Source of the DNA: an uncultured Bacteroidales bacterium
GTDB taxonomy: Bacteria > Bacteroidota > Bacteroidia > Bacteroidales > GCA-2748055
Length of the DNA: 64,000 nt
Assembly (NCBI GenBank): GCA_963753765.1
Contig: CAVWDQ010000023.1
Span: 136,586-200,585 of the forward strand
Direction: 5' to 3'
Shown here: positions 1-10,430 of the stretch, piece after piece
Numbering within the stretch: the stretch's first letter is position 1
Layout: every line of letters starts with the position of its first letter
The notes under the pieces: model-generated
Database searches by the model: none
Seen by the model: only the letters and a program-made list of their open reading frames with translations
What the model was told of the DNA's origin: nothing
Translations under genes and position numbers: made by a program

Positions 1-441
1 GGGGTTTTATTTGAAGTTGGACATGGCGGAGGAAGCTTTGTGTATGAGCAAGCCCTGCCTGCCCTGGATCAGGGATTTCTGCCCGATATGATCAGTACGG
101 ATCTGCATACAGGAAGCATGAATGCAGGCATGAAGGACATGCTCAATGTGATGTCCAAGTTCCTGAACATGGGCATGCCTTTACAGGATGTTATTGCGCG
201 CTCCAGCTGGTTGCCTGCGGTCCATATCAACAGAGAGGAACTGGGGCATCTGAGTGTGGGGGCGCATGCCGATATTGCCGTGCTTAACCTGAAAAAGGGG
301 GATTTCGGATTCACCGACGTCAGAGGATGGAAGTTACAGGGAGATAAAAAACTGGAATGTGAACTGACCCTCCTGGAAGGGAAAGTTGTATGGGATTTGA
401 ATGGAATTTCCATGCAGGAATGGGAAGCAAATAATAAATAA
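1..441 (+). CDS. amidohydrolase-family metallohydrolase, C-terminal part (5' end lies outside the window)
   Basis: Frame 1 is open from base 1 to the TAA at 439-441. The translation GVLFEVGHGGGSF...STDLHTGSMN...GHLSVGAHADIAVLNL...LLEGKVVWDLNG looks like the C-terminal part of dihydroorotase/deacetylase-like amidohydrolases. Confidence 0.7.
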   Translation, partial: GVLFEVGHGGGSFVYEQALPALDQGFLPDMISTDLHTGSMNAGMKDMLNVMSKFLNMGMPLQDVIARSSWLPAVHINREELGHLSVGAHADIAVLNLKKGDFGFTDVRGWKLQGDKKLECELTLLEGKVVWDLNGISMQEWEANNK

Positions 442-476
442 CAATAAATGCACACCAATTTTTAAAATATAGACTT

Positions 477-953
477 ATGAAAAAAAATGAACCGAATTCC
501 AGAAGAAAAGCTTTAAAAGGAGTAGTGGCAGCCGCAGCTGTCGGATTGGGAGCCGCAACTGTAAAAGCTGCAACTCCGAAATCGGACAAGCCGGAGAAAA
601 TCGCTGGCAACATCACCATGCAGGACGATGTGCCCCTCTTTTCAGGACACACGATCCTTGGGAATCTGGTCTTCATTGCGGGCAAAGGGGCCCACTTTGA
701 GGGAGACATCAGTGACCATACGGATCACGTACTCAAGGAACTGGAGAAAGAGCTTGTGAAGGCCGGCACCTCCATGGACAAGGTGTTGAAAGTAAATGTG
801 TACCTGCATGATCTCAACGATTATCATGGTATGAATAAGGTGTACAAAGGGCGCTTCGGCAAAAACCCACCTGTAAGAACTACAGTAGCTACTTATGGCG
901 GAGTACCGGGTGACTCACTGGTGGAGATTGATTGTATCGCAGCACTGGACTAA
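477..953 (+). CDS. RidA (YjgF/L-PSP) family protein with Tat-type signal peptide
   Basis: 158-aa ORF. The N-terminus has the twin-arginine motif SRRKALKG followed by the hydrophobic VVAAAAVGLGAATVKA. The body is RidA-like (GNLVFIAGKG, VNVYLHD, PGDSLVEIDCIA). Confidence 0.85.
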   Translation: MKKNEPNSRRKALKGVVAAAAVGLGAATVKAATPKSDKPEKIAGNITMQDDVPLFSGHTILGNLVFIAGKGAHFEGDISDHTDHVLKELEKELVKAGTSMDKVLKVNVYLHDLNDYHGMNKVYKGRFGKNPPVRTTVATYGGVPGDSLVEIDCIAALD

Positions 954-954
954 T

Positions 955-2169
955 ATGGAAACAAGACGATCAGTACTTAAAAAGCTGGGCACCCTTCCAC
1001 TTGTGGGAGGTTTGTTCGGTACAGGTTTGCTGGCCGGTAGTCCGGTTGCCAGTCCTGTTCAGGGTCCGGGCATCCGGAGAGACTATTTCAAGGAGCTGGG
1101 TGTAAGGACCTTTATCAACGCAGCCGGAACCTATACCTTCATGACCGGATGTCTTATGCACCCGGAAGTGATTGATGCCTATAACTACGCCACAAACGAA
1201 TATGTGTTCCTTGACGACCTTCAGGATAAGGTGGGAGAACGAATCGCTGAGCTTCTCAAATGCGAAGCAGCCACCGTAACTTCGGGGGCCGCTTCAGCCA
1301 TTACCCTGGGCACTGCTGCTGTACTGGCAGGGATGGATCCGGACAAGGTGGCCCAGATTCCCGATCTGACAGGGATGAAAAGCGAAGTGATCATGCAGAA
1401 GTCCCATCGCATAGGCTATGCCCATGCCATCAGGAACTGCGGGGTCAACATCGTGTATGTGGAAACCCGTAAGGAACTGGAAAAGGCCATCAATGAGAAG
1501 ACGGCCATGATGTGGTTTTTCAACGGGAACAATTTTGTTGGAGAAATCCAGGATGAAGAATTCATTGAGATAGCCCGGAAACACGGAATTCCCACCTTTA
1601 ATGACTGTGCAGCTGATGTGCCACCAGTGGAAAACCTGTGGAAATACACCAATATGGGATTTGATATGGTGGCCTTCTCAGGAGGTAAAGGTCTCAGAGG
1701 ACCTCAAAGCACCGGTCTTCTGCTGGGCAAAAAGAAGTATATCGATGCTGCCCGGCTTCATGCACCTCCAAGGGGGAATACCGTTGGAAGAGGGATGAAA
1801 GTAAACAAGGAAGAGGTACTGGGTATGCTGGTCACCATTGAATCCTATCTGAATCGGGATCATGAAGCAGACTGGGCCCTGTGGGAGATGCAAATTCAGA
1901 TGATCCATGATGCAGTGGCTGATATAGAGGGCGTCATTCCTGAGATTCACGTTCCAAAGGTTGCCAATCATGTGCCTTCCCTGAATATCTCCATGGATCC
2001 TGATAAAACTGCCTGGACTCCGGACAAGGTAAGGCAACAGCTTAAAGAAGGACATCCTTCCATTGAAACGGTGGGTGGATCAAAATCAATAGGCATTACT
2101 ACCTGGATGATGGATCCAGGACAGGAAAGGATCGTTGCAAGCCGGCTCAGGGAGATTCTATTGTCATAA
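955..2169 (+). CDS. SelA-like / DgaE-like PLP-dependent enzyme (aminotransferase class V fold) with Tat-like N-terminus
   Basis: Start placed at ATG 955 (METRRSVLKKLGTLPLVGG...), not at 895, which would overlap RidA. Motifs DYFKELGVRTFINAAGTYT and FSGGKGLRGPQSTGLLLGKK match the SelA-like family. The stop TAA at 2167-2169 overlaps the next ATG. Confidence 0.7.
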   Translation: METRRSVLKKLGTLPLVGGLFGTGLLAGSPVASPVQGPGIRRDYFKELGVRTFINAAGTYTFMTGCLMHPEVIDAYNYATNEYVFLDDLQDKVGERIAELLKCEAATVTSGAASAITLGTAAVLAGMDPDKVAQIPDLTGMKSEVIMQKSHRIGYAHAIRNCGVNIVYVETRKELEKAINEKTAMMWFFNGNNFVGEIQDEEFIEIARKHGIPTFNDCAADVPPVENLWKYTNMGFDMVAFSGGKGLRGPQSTGLLLGKKKYIDAARLHAPPRGNTVGRGMKVNKEEVLGMLVTIESYLNRDHEADWALWEMQIQMIHDAVADIEGVIPEIHVPKVANHVPSLNISMDPDKTAWTPDKVRQQLKEGHPSIETVGGSKSIGITTWMMDPGQERIVASRLREILLS

Positions 2170-3892
2170 TGGGCCGAAGAAGGTTCATCAAACAATGCGG
2201 TATACTGGGAGCTGGAACGGTCAGCTCCCTTGCCTGGAATTCCAGCATGGCTTCCGTTCTGGCCAAACCCCTGGGAGATGAACTGAGGAGTGACATTATC
2301 ATAATCGGGGGAGGATTGGGTGCTTGTGCAGCTGCTCTTGCCGCATGCAGGAATGGGTCCTCGGTGATCATGACTGAACCCACAGACTGGATCGGTGGGC
2401 AGGTCAGTCAGCAGGCCGTACCTCCCGACGAACATCAATGGATTGAGTCACATGGACGAACAGCAAGTTATGCCAGGTACCGTTCATTGGTCCGGGATTT
2501 TTACCATAAGAATTATCCGCTTTCCGGAATGGCCCGGAAGGCGGATTTTCTAAACCCGGGAAACGGAGCGGTATCCAGGCTTTGTCATGAACCAGCAGTT
2601 TCGGTAGCCGTACTTGAATCCATGCTGGCCCCGGCAATCAGCAATGGTCAGCTGAAGATCCTGTTGAATACTGAACCGCTTGAAGTCCATACGGATGGGG
2701 ATTCCATCCGGGCTGTGAGCTGTCATACAGGAGAGGAAAAACGAAGCATTGTACTAAATGCTGCATTCTTCATTGATGCCAGCGAAGAGGGGGATCTGTT
2801 AAAGCTATCCGGATGTGAGTATTTCATTGGAGCAGAATCCCAGAAACAAACTGGTGAAAGGCATGCCCCTGAAAAGGAGGATCCCACCAATATCCAGGCC
2901 ATGACCCATTGTTTTGCAATGGATCACCTGGAGGGAGAGGACCATACCATTGCCCCCCCGGCCATGTATCAGTTCTGGAAGGACTATGTACCCCCCCTCC
3001 ATCCTGCCTGGCCAGGGAAACTGCTTTCCCTGACCTACACACATCCCAGAACATTGCTGCCAAAAACATTGTCCTTTGTACCCCCGGACAGAAAAGGAAT
3101 GATGCCAAAAACAGAGGCCTTGAATCTCTGGTTGTACCGAAGGCTCATTGACCGGAACAATTTCGAAGCCGGGAGATTCCCAGGAGTGATATCACCCTGG
3201 TGAACTGGCCGCAAAATGACTACCTGCCGGGGAATATTACAGATGTCAGCCCGGAGGAACGCAGAGAAAATTTAGAAGAAGCCAGGCAGTTGAGTCTGTC
3301 GCTATTTTACTGGCTTCAGACAGAGGCTCCTCGTCCGGATGGCGGACAGGGTTGGAAAGGCTTGCGTTTACGCGGGGATATCACAGGAACAGAAGACGGG
3401 CTGGCCAAGTATCCTTATATTAGAGAATCCCGAAGGATACTTGCCGAAACTACCATTCTGGAACAGGATATTTCGCTTGAGGACAGAATGCAAATCACGG
3501 GTTTAACACAGGAAGAAGTACGGGCCAAAGCCTACCACGACTCTGTGGGAATTGGATATTACGCCCTGGATCTTCACCCCAGCACCGGAGGGGACAATTA
3601 TATTGACATGGCCAGCGTACCTTTTCAGATCCCACTGGGAGCTCTGATCCCCGTACGCATGGAGAACCTGATCCCGGGTTGCAAGAATATCGGAAGCACC
3701 CACATCACCAATGGCTGTTACCGGCTCCATCCGGTTGAATGGAATATTGGGGAAGCTGCAGGTTCCCTGTGTGCCTTTTCCCTGAAAAGGAGAACTATAC
3801 CCAGACAGGTCAGGAACTCCCAAAACTTACTTTCCGAATTTCAAGATCTTCTAAAGGAAAGTGGTTTTGAACTGGCATGGTCCGAATCATAA
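2169..3892 (+). pseudogene. FAD-dependent oxidoreductase (Tat signal), one frameshift
   Basis: ORFs 2169-3203 (frame 0) and 3200-3892 (frame 2) are the N and C halves of one protein. Motifs are GRRRFIKQ (Tat), IIIIGGGLGACAAALAA (FAD fold), then [12 protein letters not shown]...[29 protein letters not shown]. Frame 2 is open from 3152. Joining at the G3 run 3171-3173 gives [21 protein letters not shown]. Confidence 0.75.
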
Positions 3893-3918
3893 GAGAATTT
3901 TAACGACAAAACAAAAAT

Positions 3919-4659
3919 ATGAGAACTCTATCCATTCTGTTCATCTTACTAATAAGCATTCTTGCCAGCTGCAAAACAGAAGCAGAAGTAGAAGAAGGTT
4001 CCAGATACAAGGTAACCAGGCTGGAAGAGAGGCCGGAAATAAATGCTGTCTGGGATAAGGCTCCATGGACCGGAATTGAGTCGCTTCAGCTGACACATTA
4101 CATGGGGGATAAGCCGGAGCATTTTCCCCTTGTGGAAGCAAAGATCGCCTATGATAATCTGGCCATTTACGTCATATTCAGGGTGAAGGATAAATATGTG
4201 AAAGCAGTACACAGCGAGCACCAGGATCCTGTCTATACCGATAGTTGCGTGGAGTTCTTTTTTAGTCCGGATGATAATAGCAGTGAGGGCTACTTTAACC
4301 TGGAAATGAATTGCGGGGGGATTATGTTGTTCCATCATCAGACCGAGCCACGGACGAATCAGGTTCATATTGCTGCAGAGGATATTCAGCAGGTGGAAGT
4401 TGCCCACAGCCTGCCACAGATTGTGGATCCCGAAATTGAGGAGGATACCACCTGGTTTGTAGAATACAGGATCCCCTTTTCTGTACTTGCATCCTACCGG
4501 GATTTCCCTGTCCCGGAGAGCGGTACCATCTGGCGGGCCAACCTCTATAAATGCGCGGATGCAACTTCACACCCGCACTGGCTCACCTGGGCTCCCATTG
4601 ACCTGCCCAGTCCCAATTTCCATCAACCGGATTTCTTTGGAATTCTTGAGTATCAATAG
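3919..4659 (+). CDS. carbohydrate-binding family 9-like (DOMON-like) lipoprotein
   Basis: 246-aa ORF with lipobox ISILASC. WDKAPW...AKIAYDNLAIYVIFRVKD...YTDSCVEFFFSP...YFNLEMNCGG matches the CBM9-like pattern. Confidence 0.6.
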   Translation: MRTLSILFILLISILASCKTEAEVEEGSRYKVTRLEERPEINAVWDKAPWTGIESLQLTHYMGDKPEHFPLVEAKIAYDNLAIYVIFRVKDKYVKAVHSEHQDPVYTDSCVEFFFSPDDNSSEGYFNLEMNCGGIMLFHHQTEPRTNQVHIAAEDIQQVEVAHSLPQIVDPEIEEDTTWFVEYRIPFSVLASYRDFPVPESGTIWRANLYKCADATSHPHWLTWAPIDLPSPNFHQPDFFGILEYQ

Positions 4660-4682
4660 CAGGTATCTCTGCTAAAGCCTGT

Positions 4683-5847
4683 CTAATTAAGGGTATACTC
4701 CTTCCGGATGGCTTTTTCCAGCACATCCCAGTGTGCATCTGTCATCCTTCCCGGGGTAAAGAGACATATTCCCCTTGCTCCATTTTCCATGGATTCACGA
4801 ATGGCCTCTTCCAGTTCTTCAGGGAGCAGTCCGTGGTTCTCGGGATCGCTTTCCTGACCTTTGGTCTCCGGTCTTGGACATATAAATAGTCCACTGTATA
4901 AGGGTTTCTTGTTATCCAGGGCTGTGACCCCCTCCCTGGTGACCTCGCCGATCCAGTCGGTGCCTTCCAGGTAAAAATCGTTGTAGTTCATTGGGTAGAA
5001 GGCGTCAAGGCTCCACTTGTCCCACTCCTGCCGGACAATCTTCCGCGCCACTGAATTGGGGCCTGGGAAGACAGCAGCATTGATCTCTTTGCCTTTGGCA
5101 TGGACCATCTCTGAGAGCCGGTATACGATCCCGGTAATCAAATCGTAGCGAAACTGTTTCCACTCCTCCACCTGTGCAGGATCCTCAACCGAACGGATAT
5201 CAATCCCGCTTTGCTCCATGAAAACCTTCCACACAATGGTCGCAGTAACAATAGTCGTACTGGGGATATTCACGATCCATCACCAGTCCATATTTATCCC
5301 ACAGTCCCCTGGCCAGGATCACATCCGGGAAACGGATATAATCCAGATGGATGCCATCCACCTCTTCCAGGTCTGCAATCTGTCCGTAAAGGTCCTCCAG
5401 GAAGCTGTATACTTCGTCTCGACTGGGACAGAGAAACTTATAATAATCGGCGTAAGCCGGCTTGTCCCAGGCCGATTCACCCAGTCCGTTATATGCATAC
5501 AGTTCCGGGGCAAGTTTCGGATTTTCTCCCTGGATCATGGTAGGGATCCAGGTATGAAATTCCAGTCCCACTTCATGGGCGATCCCCCCTACCCGCTTGT
5601 AGGTTTCCGGATCGTGGCCCCCGTTGTACAAAAGACCGATAATTCCTTTATTCTTCAGATCGGTAAAATTGGTCCGGATCTCCTGATCGGTGGCGGAACC
5701 TGGTCCACCAAGCCAGGCGTATACCGGGACTTTTATGTCAGAGAGTGTTTCAGGTTTGGCTGCATCGCTTTGCTGGTTCTTCTTTCCTGCAGGAGAGGAA
5801 CAGGCAGTCAGCACGATAATGGCAATAAGGCTAAGGTACTTGATCAT
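4683..5847 (-). pseudogene. glycosyl-hydrolase-like family 10 (GHL10/YngK-type) lipoprotein, one frameshift
   Basis: Minus-strand ORFs 5200-5847 and 4683-5273 form one gene. It has lipobox LTACSS and the GIHLDYIRFP motif. The frames join at CDHCVEGF / MEQSGIDIR, next to the A4 run at 5221-5224 (T4 on the coding strand). Confidence 0.6.
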
Positions 5848-5998
5848 AGATGCAAGGTTTAGTTGTATAAAAATAGCTTATTTCATAATACTCATGGAAG
5901 GGGGAGGCACTCCGACGCCCCAATCTGTATTGGGTTCCGATCCCAGGGTAAAGGTGAGGGTACCCCCCTTCATCAGCTCTTTACGAGGGATCCAGCAC

Positions 5999-8249
5999 TC
6001 AGCTGATTGACTTTCCGTTCAGATCCAGGTCCTGTATGTAATAGTTCCCGGGCTCCAGGTTTTCAGACTTGATAACCAGCATGTTGCCGGGATCGCCCGA
6101 GAGCTGCAGGCTTACTTTTTCAAAGACGGGGCTGCCAAACTGAAAGCTGGGATCAGCGGCAGCGTGCCCCTGAACATCAAAAAGTCCCAGGGCAGCCATT
6201 ACGTACCAGGCTCCCAGCTGCCCCTGGTCCTCATCCTGGCCATAACCGTATCCGTGCAAGGGTTCAGTCCCGTAAAATTCATCGCATATGGTCCGGGTCC
6301 ACTTCTGTGTCAGCCAGGGCTTGCCCGAATAGTTGAACAGCCAGGCATTGTGCAGACAGGGCTGGTTCCCGTGATTATAGAGCATATCCACTCCGGAAAA
6401 ACTGTGGATCTCCTTTCCCCCGCCAAAGATGCTCTTCTGTGCATCGGTAAACATCTGCTCAAGCCGCTCATTAAAAAGATCCTGCCCCACTGCTTCCATG
6501 AGTCCGGCAATGTCGTGGGGGACATACCAGGTATACTGATAGGCATTTCCTTCCTGGAATCCTCTCCATCCCTCCAGCGGATCGAAATCCTCCACAAAGG
6601 TCCCGTCGGGATACCTGGGACGAATAAAGCGGGTTTCCGGGTCAAACAGGGCTTTCCAGTATCCGGCCTGCTCCATTAATTTCCTGTAATCTTCCTCCTG
6701 CCCCAGGCCTTTGGCCATCTGCGCCACTGCATAGGAGCTAAAAGAGTATTCCAGGGTATGGGAACCTCCGAAATTAAACACCCAGCCATTGGACAGGACG
6801 GTATCCGCTGAATGGAACATAGCCCAGTCTGTTGAACCAGTGCATATCGTACTTGCCATTCCCCAGGTTGCGCCCATTGGCTTCCGTTTCGTTTTTCAGG
6901 GCTGCTTCATATCCTTTTTCCAGGTCGAATCCCCGGATCCCACAGTTGTAGGCTGAGGCAAGAAGCAATCCCTGGAAATTGGTCTGCACACCATTGGTAA
7001 ACACACCCGCTGCAACTCCATCATGCAGCCAGCCGGTCTCCCCGTAGAAATCGATATTCGATTGTACATACTGAACCAGGTAATCGGGATAAACCAGTGC
7101 CCAGAGCTGACCCAGGTTCCAGAATCCTCCCCAGATGCCATCTGTGTTGTAGTGCTTGTACTGCGGATGCCCGTTCTGGTCCAGGGGAATCTGTCCGCTT
7201 CCTCCATCATTCCTGACATATTGTCCATTTACATCACTTGCCAGTCCCCGTCCCAGCAGGGCATGGTAGAGTCCGGTATAGAACTTGGTCATGTCCTCCC
7301 TGCTACTGCCCTCCACCCGGATACGTCCCAGCATCTGGTTCCATTGGTGAGTGGCCTCTTTGTGTACCTGGTCAAAGCTCTGTCCTTCCGATTCGGTGTC
7401 CAGGTTAATCCGGGCATTCTCCAGGCTGGTATAGGAGAGGCCCACCTGCATCTCCACCACCTCATCAGCAGAGGTGGAGAAAAGCAGATATAGGCCGTTC
7501 CCCACTCCACGGGTAGAGGTGGAATCTGCCTTCAGAAGGGAATCATAGAATATGCCCACCTGTTCCGGCTCTTTATTCAGCCGGGCCACAAAATACATTT
7601 TTACCCGGTTTCCGGGATCGCAGAACTTGGCATACTCGGGGTAGGTTTCGACATACCCTTCCACTTCCTTTTCATTTACCACCTGTGCAAAGGCCTCTGT
7701 TACATCGCTGCTCTCCCCCTGTTTGTGACCAATATCGAAGATGATACCCGAGCTGGCCGACTGGGGAAAGGTGTAACGGTGAAATCCAACACGTTCCGAG
7801 GAGGTAAGTTCCGCTTTCACCTGGTAATCCTTTAATAATACTGAATAATAACCCGGTTCTGAGTGCTCATCTGCTTTTTCAAAGCGGGATCGATATCCTT
7901 CATCAGGATTCTCCAGGGATCCGGGAGTAGTAAGGATATCACCGGTAAAGGGCATCACCACCACTCCCCCGATCTGGAATTCATGGAAATGTCCGAATCC
8001 CTCTATGGAGCCGTGACGGTCATCGTAGCCCCCGGGCAACCAGCTTCCCTCGCTTCCATATGCGTTGGTGTGGGGAGCCAGTTTGGCCATCCCAAAGGGC
8101 AGGGAAGCAGGTGTATAGAAAAACCAGCGTCCGTGAACCGACCCAATCTGAGGATCCACATATTGAACTGCATCGAATGCCTCATTTCCTGCCTCTGGCT
8201 GACAGGAAATGATCAGGGGCAAGAAAGCCAGAAGTAAGAATTTTCTCAT
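5999..8249 (-). pseudogene. GH92 alpha-mannosidase, one frameshift
   Basis: Minus-strand ORFs 6774-8249 and 5999-6877 are the N and C parts of a roughly 750-aa GH92 (QYVDPQIGS, GHFHEFQIGG, GNAYQYTWYVPHD, DEDQGQLGAWYV). The join RLGYVPFS / ADTVLSNGWVFNFGG falls around 6815-6820. Confidence 0.85.
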
Positions 8250-8251
8250 AA

Positions 8252-9343
8252 TTATTCGATTTTATATTTCCTGACCCTTTCCATGATCCTGTTCACCTGA
8301 TCTACGCTTTTAGTGGATTTAACCACATAAAAGACCCCGCCGGGAAGGGTGTTCCTTTTTAAATGGTATTCGAAAGTATCTTCGTCCACGTTCACCACCA
8401 GGGGAACGTCGCCAACCTGTTTCCTTATCTCGGGCAACACATCAAAGGCCGGAGGATTATCTTTCTCATCCAGCATAAGGATGGCTTTTAAACCTTCCAG
8501 GCTGGAAACTGCATTTAAGAGATGTCTGCCGTTGCTGTGAATGTGCAGGACGCCTCCATCGAAATGATTGAACATCCGCTGTACATTTGCTTCTCCCCAT
8601 TCCTGGTAATCCTCCACCGAGGTCATGTGAAAGGGATCCACACTCTCTGAAATCACCCTTCCCGGGACCCACTGCACCATGTTGCTGAAGGTTCCCCCGA
8701 GAAATGAAGGGGTATTTTCAAAGAAGGTTTCCTGGACCCTGACATTTAAATCAAAAGCAAAATCAATGATCTGCCGGACGATGTCAGGAACCTCGAACAG
8801 ACTGAGATAGGTTTTGGTGGCACCTACCAGTTCAAACACAAAGTTCAGGGAATCTATCAGGATGAAATGGCTGATGCCAAAGCGGTTCTCCGACATCCTG
8901 GAAAATATCTCCAGCTGCTGCAGGTAAAGGCGAAACCAGGGATGGCTTTCCTCAAAGGGCCGGAGCTGGAATTGGGTCAGATCGTCCATCAATGGTTTGA
9001 CCATGGAAGAGATCCACCCTGTTCCTGGATCTTTCAGAAACTGCATCTCCCCTCCCATAAGAGCACCATAGAGTCCCTGGTCAAATTCACTGAGGTAGGC
9101 CGAAGGAATCTGGTCATCCTCGCATAAGCTCTTCTCCTTCAAAAGGCTGTCCCAGAAGCGGGCACGTTCTTGTGGATCCGGGTAGCTGGTGTAGCCTTCG
9201 GCATGATTAGCCCGAAATTGTTCCATGGTACGTGTTGGAATCTGAAAATCTGCAAAAATCTGATCCCCTGCCTTCCTTTCATATAGTGTATTGAGCCTTT
9301 TAATAACATCACCTGCACCATGTTTATATGCAATACTTTCCAT
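8252..9343 (-). CDS. hypothetical protein, possibly uroporphyrinogen-decarboxylase (URO-D) superfamily fold
   Basis: Intact 363-aa ORF that abuts the GH92 start. The C-terminal half (GGVLHIHSNGRHLLNAVSSLEGLKAILMLD) resembles URO-D-like TIM barrels. Assignment is by weak recall only. Confidence 0.35.
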   Translation of the reverse strand: MESIAYKHGAGDVIKRLNTLYERKAGDQIFADFQIPTRTMEQFRANHAEGYTSYPDPQERARFWDSLLKEKSLCEDDQIPSAYLSEFDQGLYGALMGGEMQFLKDPGTGWISSMVKPLMDDLTQFQLRPFEESHPWFRLYLQQLEIFSRMSENRFGISHFILIDSLNFVFELVGATKTYLSLFEVPDIVRQIIDFAFDLNVRVQETFFENTPSFLGGTFSNMVQWVPGRVISESVDPFHMTSVEDYQEWGEANVQRMFNHFDGGVLHIHSNGRHLLNAVSSLEGLKAILMLDEKDNPPAFDVLPEIRKQVGDVPLVVNVDEDTFEYHLKRNTLPGGVFYVVKSTKSVDQVNRIMERVRKYKIE

Positions 9344-9348
9344 GAGAA

Positions 9349-10399
9349 TCAGGCTTTTGTTGCATCAGGCTCCGGAGTGGTGGCAAAGCCATGGGTCGTC
9401 TCAACCATGGCCCGGATATTCTCTGAAGGAGTATCGGGTGGAATGGCGCAGCCTGCATTGATCATCAGCCTGGGAGAGTCACGGTAAATCTCCAGCAGCT
9501 CTAAAGTCTTCTGCTTCACCAGCTCCGGACTTCCATAGTTTAAAACACCCGAGGGATCCAGGTTCCCGATAAAAAGTGTGGAAGCATGGCATTGGTCGTA
9601 GATCTTCTGAATATCAGTAAGGTAATCCAGTTCCAGGGCATCGGCCCCGGTCTGTACCATATCCTCCAGGATCACTTCCGTATCCCCGCAAATATGCAGT
9701 GTATAAGTCAATCCCAGGCGATGTGCTTCATTCCACCAGTTTTTTCTCGTAGGGAAGGGCAAATTCCCGGTAGAACTCCGGCGGGATCATCTCGGGACCG
9801 GCCACACTATCGCCATTGGAAACCATATGGGCACCGGTCTCCGCCATCAGCCTGATAAACTGAAGCCCCGCTTCGGTGGTATAATCCAGCAAGCGGTGTA
9901 CTGCCTCAGGATCCATGAGCAGATCAGTCATCAGTTCCTGTGATCCGCGTACCATGCTGGCCAGCGAGAAAGGTGCCTGATCGCAGTTCCCCCGGATATA
10001 CTTTTCCTCTCCAAAATAGTCCTTTACAATCCGTGTAATCTCCAGCCAGTGCTGGATTCCCGCATCCTTGGCCACATTCACAGGGGCCATGTCCTGAACT
10101 TCCTCCAGGGAAGAGATCAGGCCGCCGTGGGTGCGTGCAGGTTCATCCTCCGGGTAGTCCACCGGCACCCCAAGAGAACCGGCCAGGGTGGCCGTACTCA
10201 AATCGATCAGCAATCCATCAATATTATATTTTTCAGCAGCATGGATAAAGGCCCTTGCTGCTGACTGCGGGTCTTCCCCGAACTCTTTCATGCTAATACC
10301 CTCTTCACGGGCTGCCATCAAAAAATTGTGGAGCATCACGGGACGCCTGTCGGTCCATTTTCCCTCCAAAGCTGCCTGAATACGTTCTTTTCCGGTCAT
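9349..10399 (-). pseudogene. uroporphyrinogen decarboxylase family (MtaA/CmuA-like) protein, one frameshift
   Basis: Minus-strand ORFs 9728-10399 and 9349-9762. The N-terminus KERIQAALEGKWTDRRPVM and the C-half YTLHICGDTEVILEDMVQTGADALELD are typical of the URO-D family. The frames join at FALPYEK / NWWNEAHRLG inside the T6 run at 9740-9745 (A6 on the coding strand). Confidence 0.75.
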
Positions 10400-10430
10400 A
10401 TATTTAGTTCTTATTAGTTCAGCCTTAATC

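Noticed and set aside
895-954. Upstream extension of the SelA-like ORF (start at 895), overlapping the end of the RidA gene by 59 nt
   Set aside because: The extension (MAEYRVTHWWRLIVSQHWTN) is not signal-like. ATG 955 lies 1 nt after the RidA stop and gives a proper RR-containing N-terminus.
955-2169. A genuine selenocysteine synthase (selA), implying a selenoprotein system
   Set aside because: The protein has a Tat-like export signal. It sits with RidA and an FAD oxidoreductase, and no selB, selC or selD is visible. It is better described as a SelA-like/DgaE-like paralog.
4658-4673. Possible hairpin AGCAG-GTATCT-CTGCT between the convergent genes ending at 4659 and 4683
   Set aside because: The stem is only 5 bp with no flanking T/A tracts. 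This is too weak to report as a terminator.
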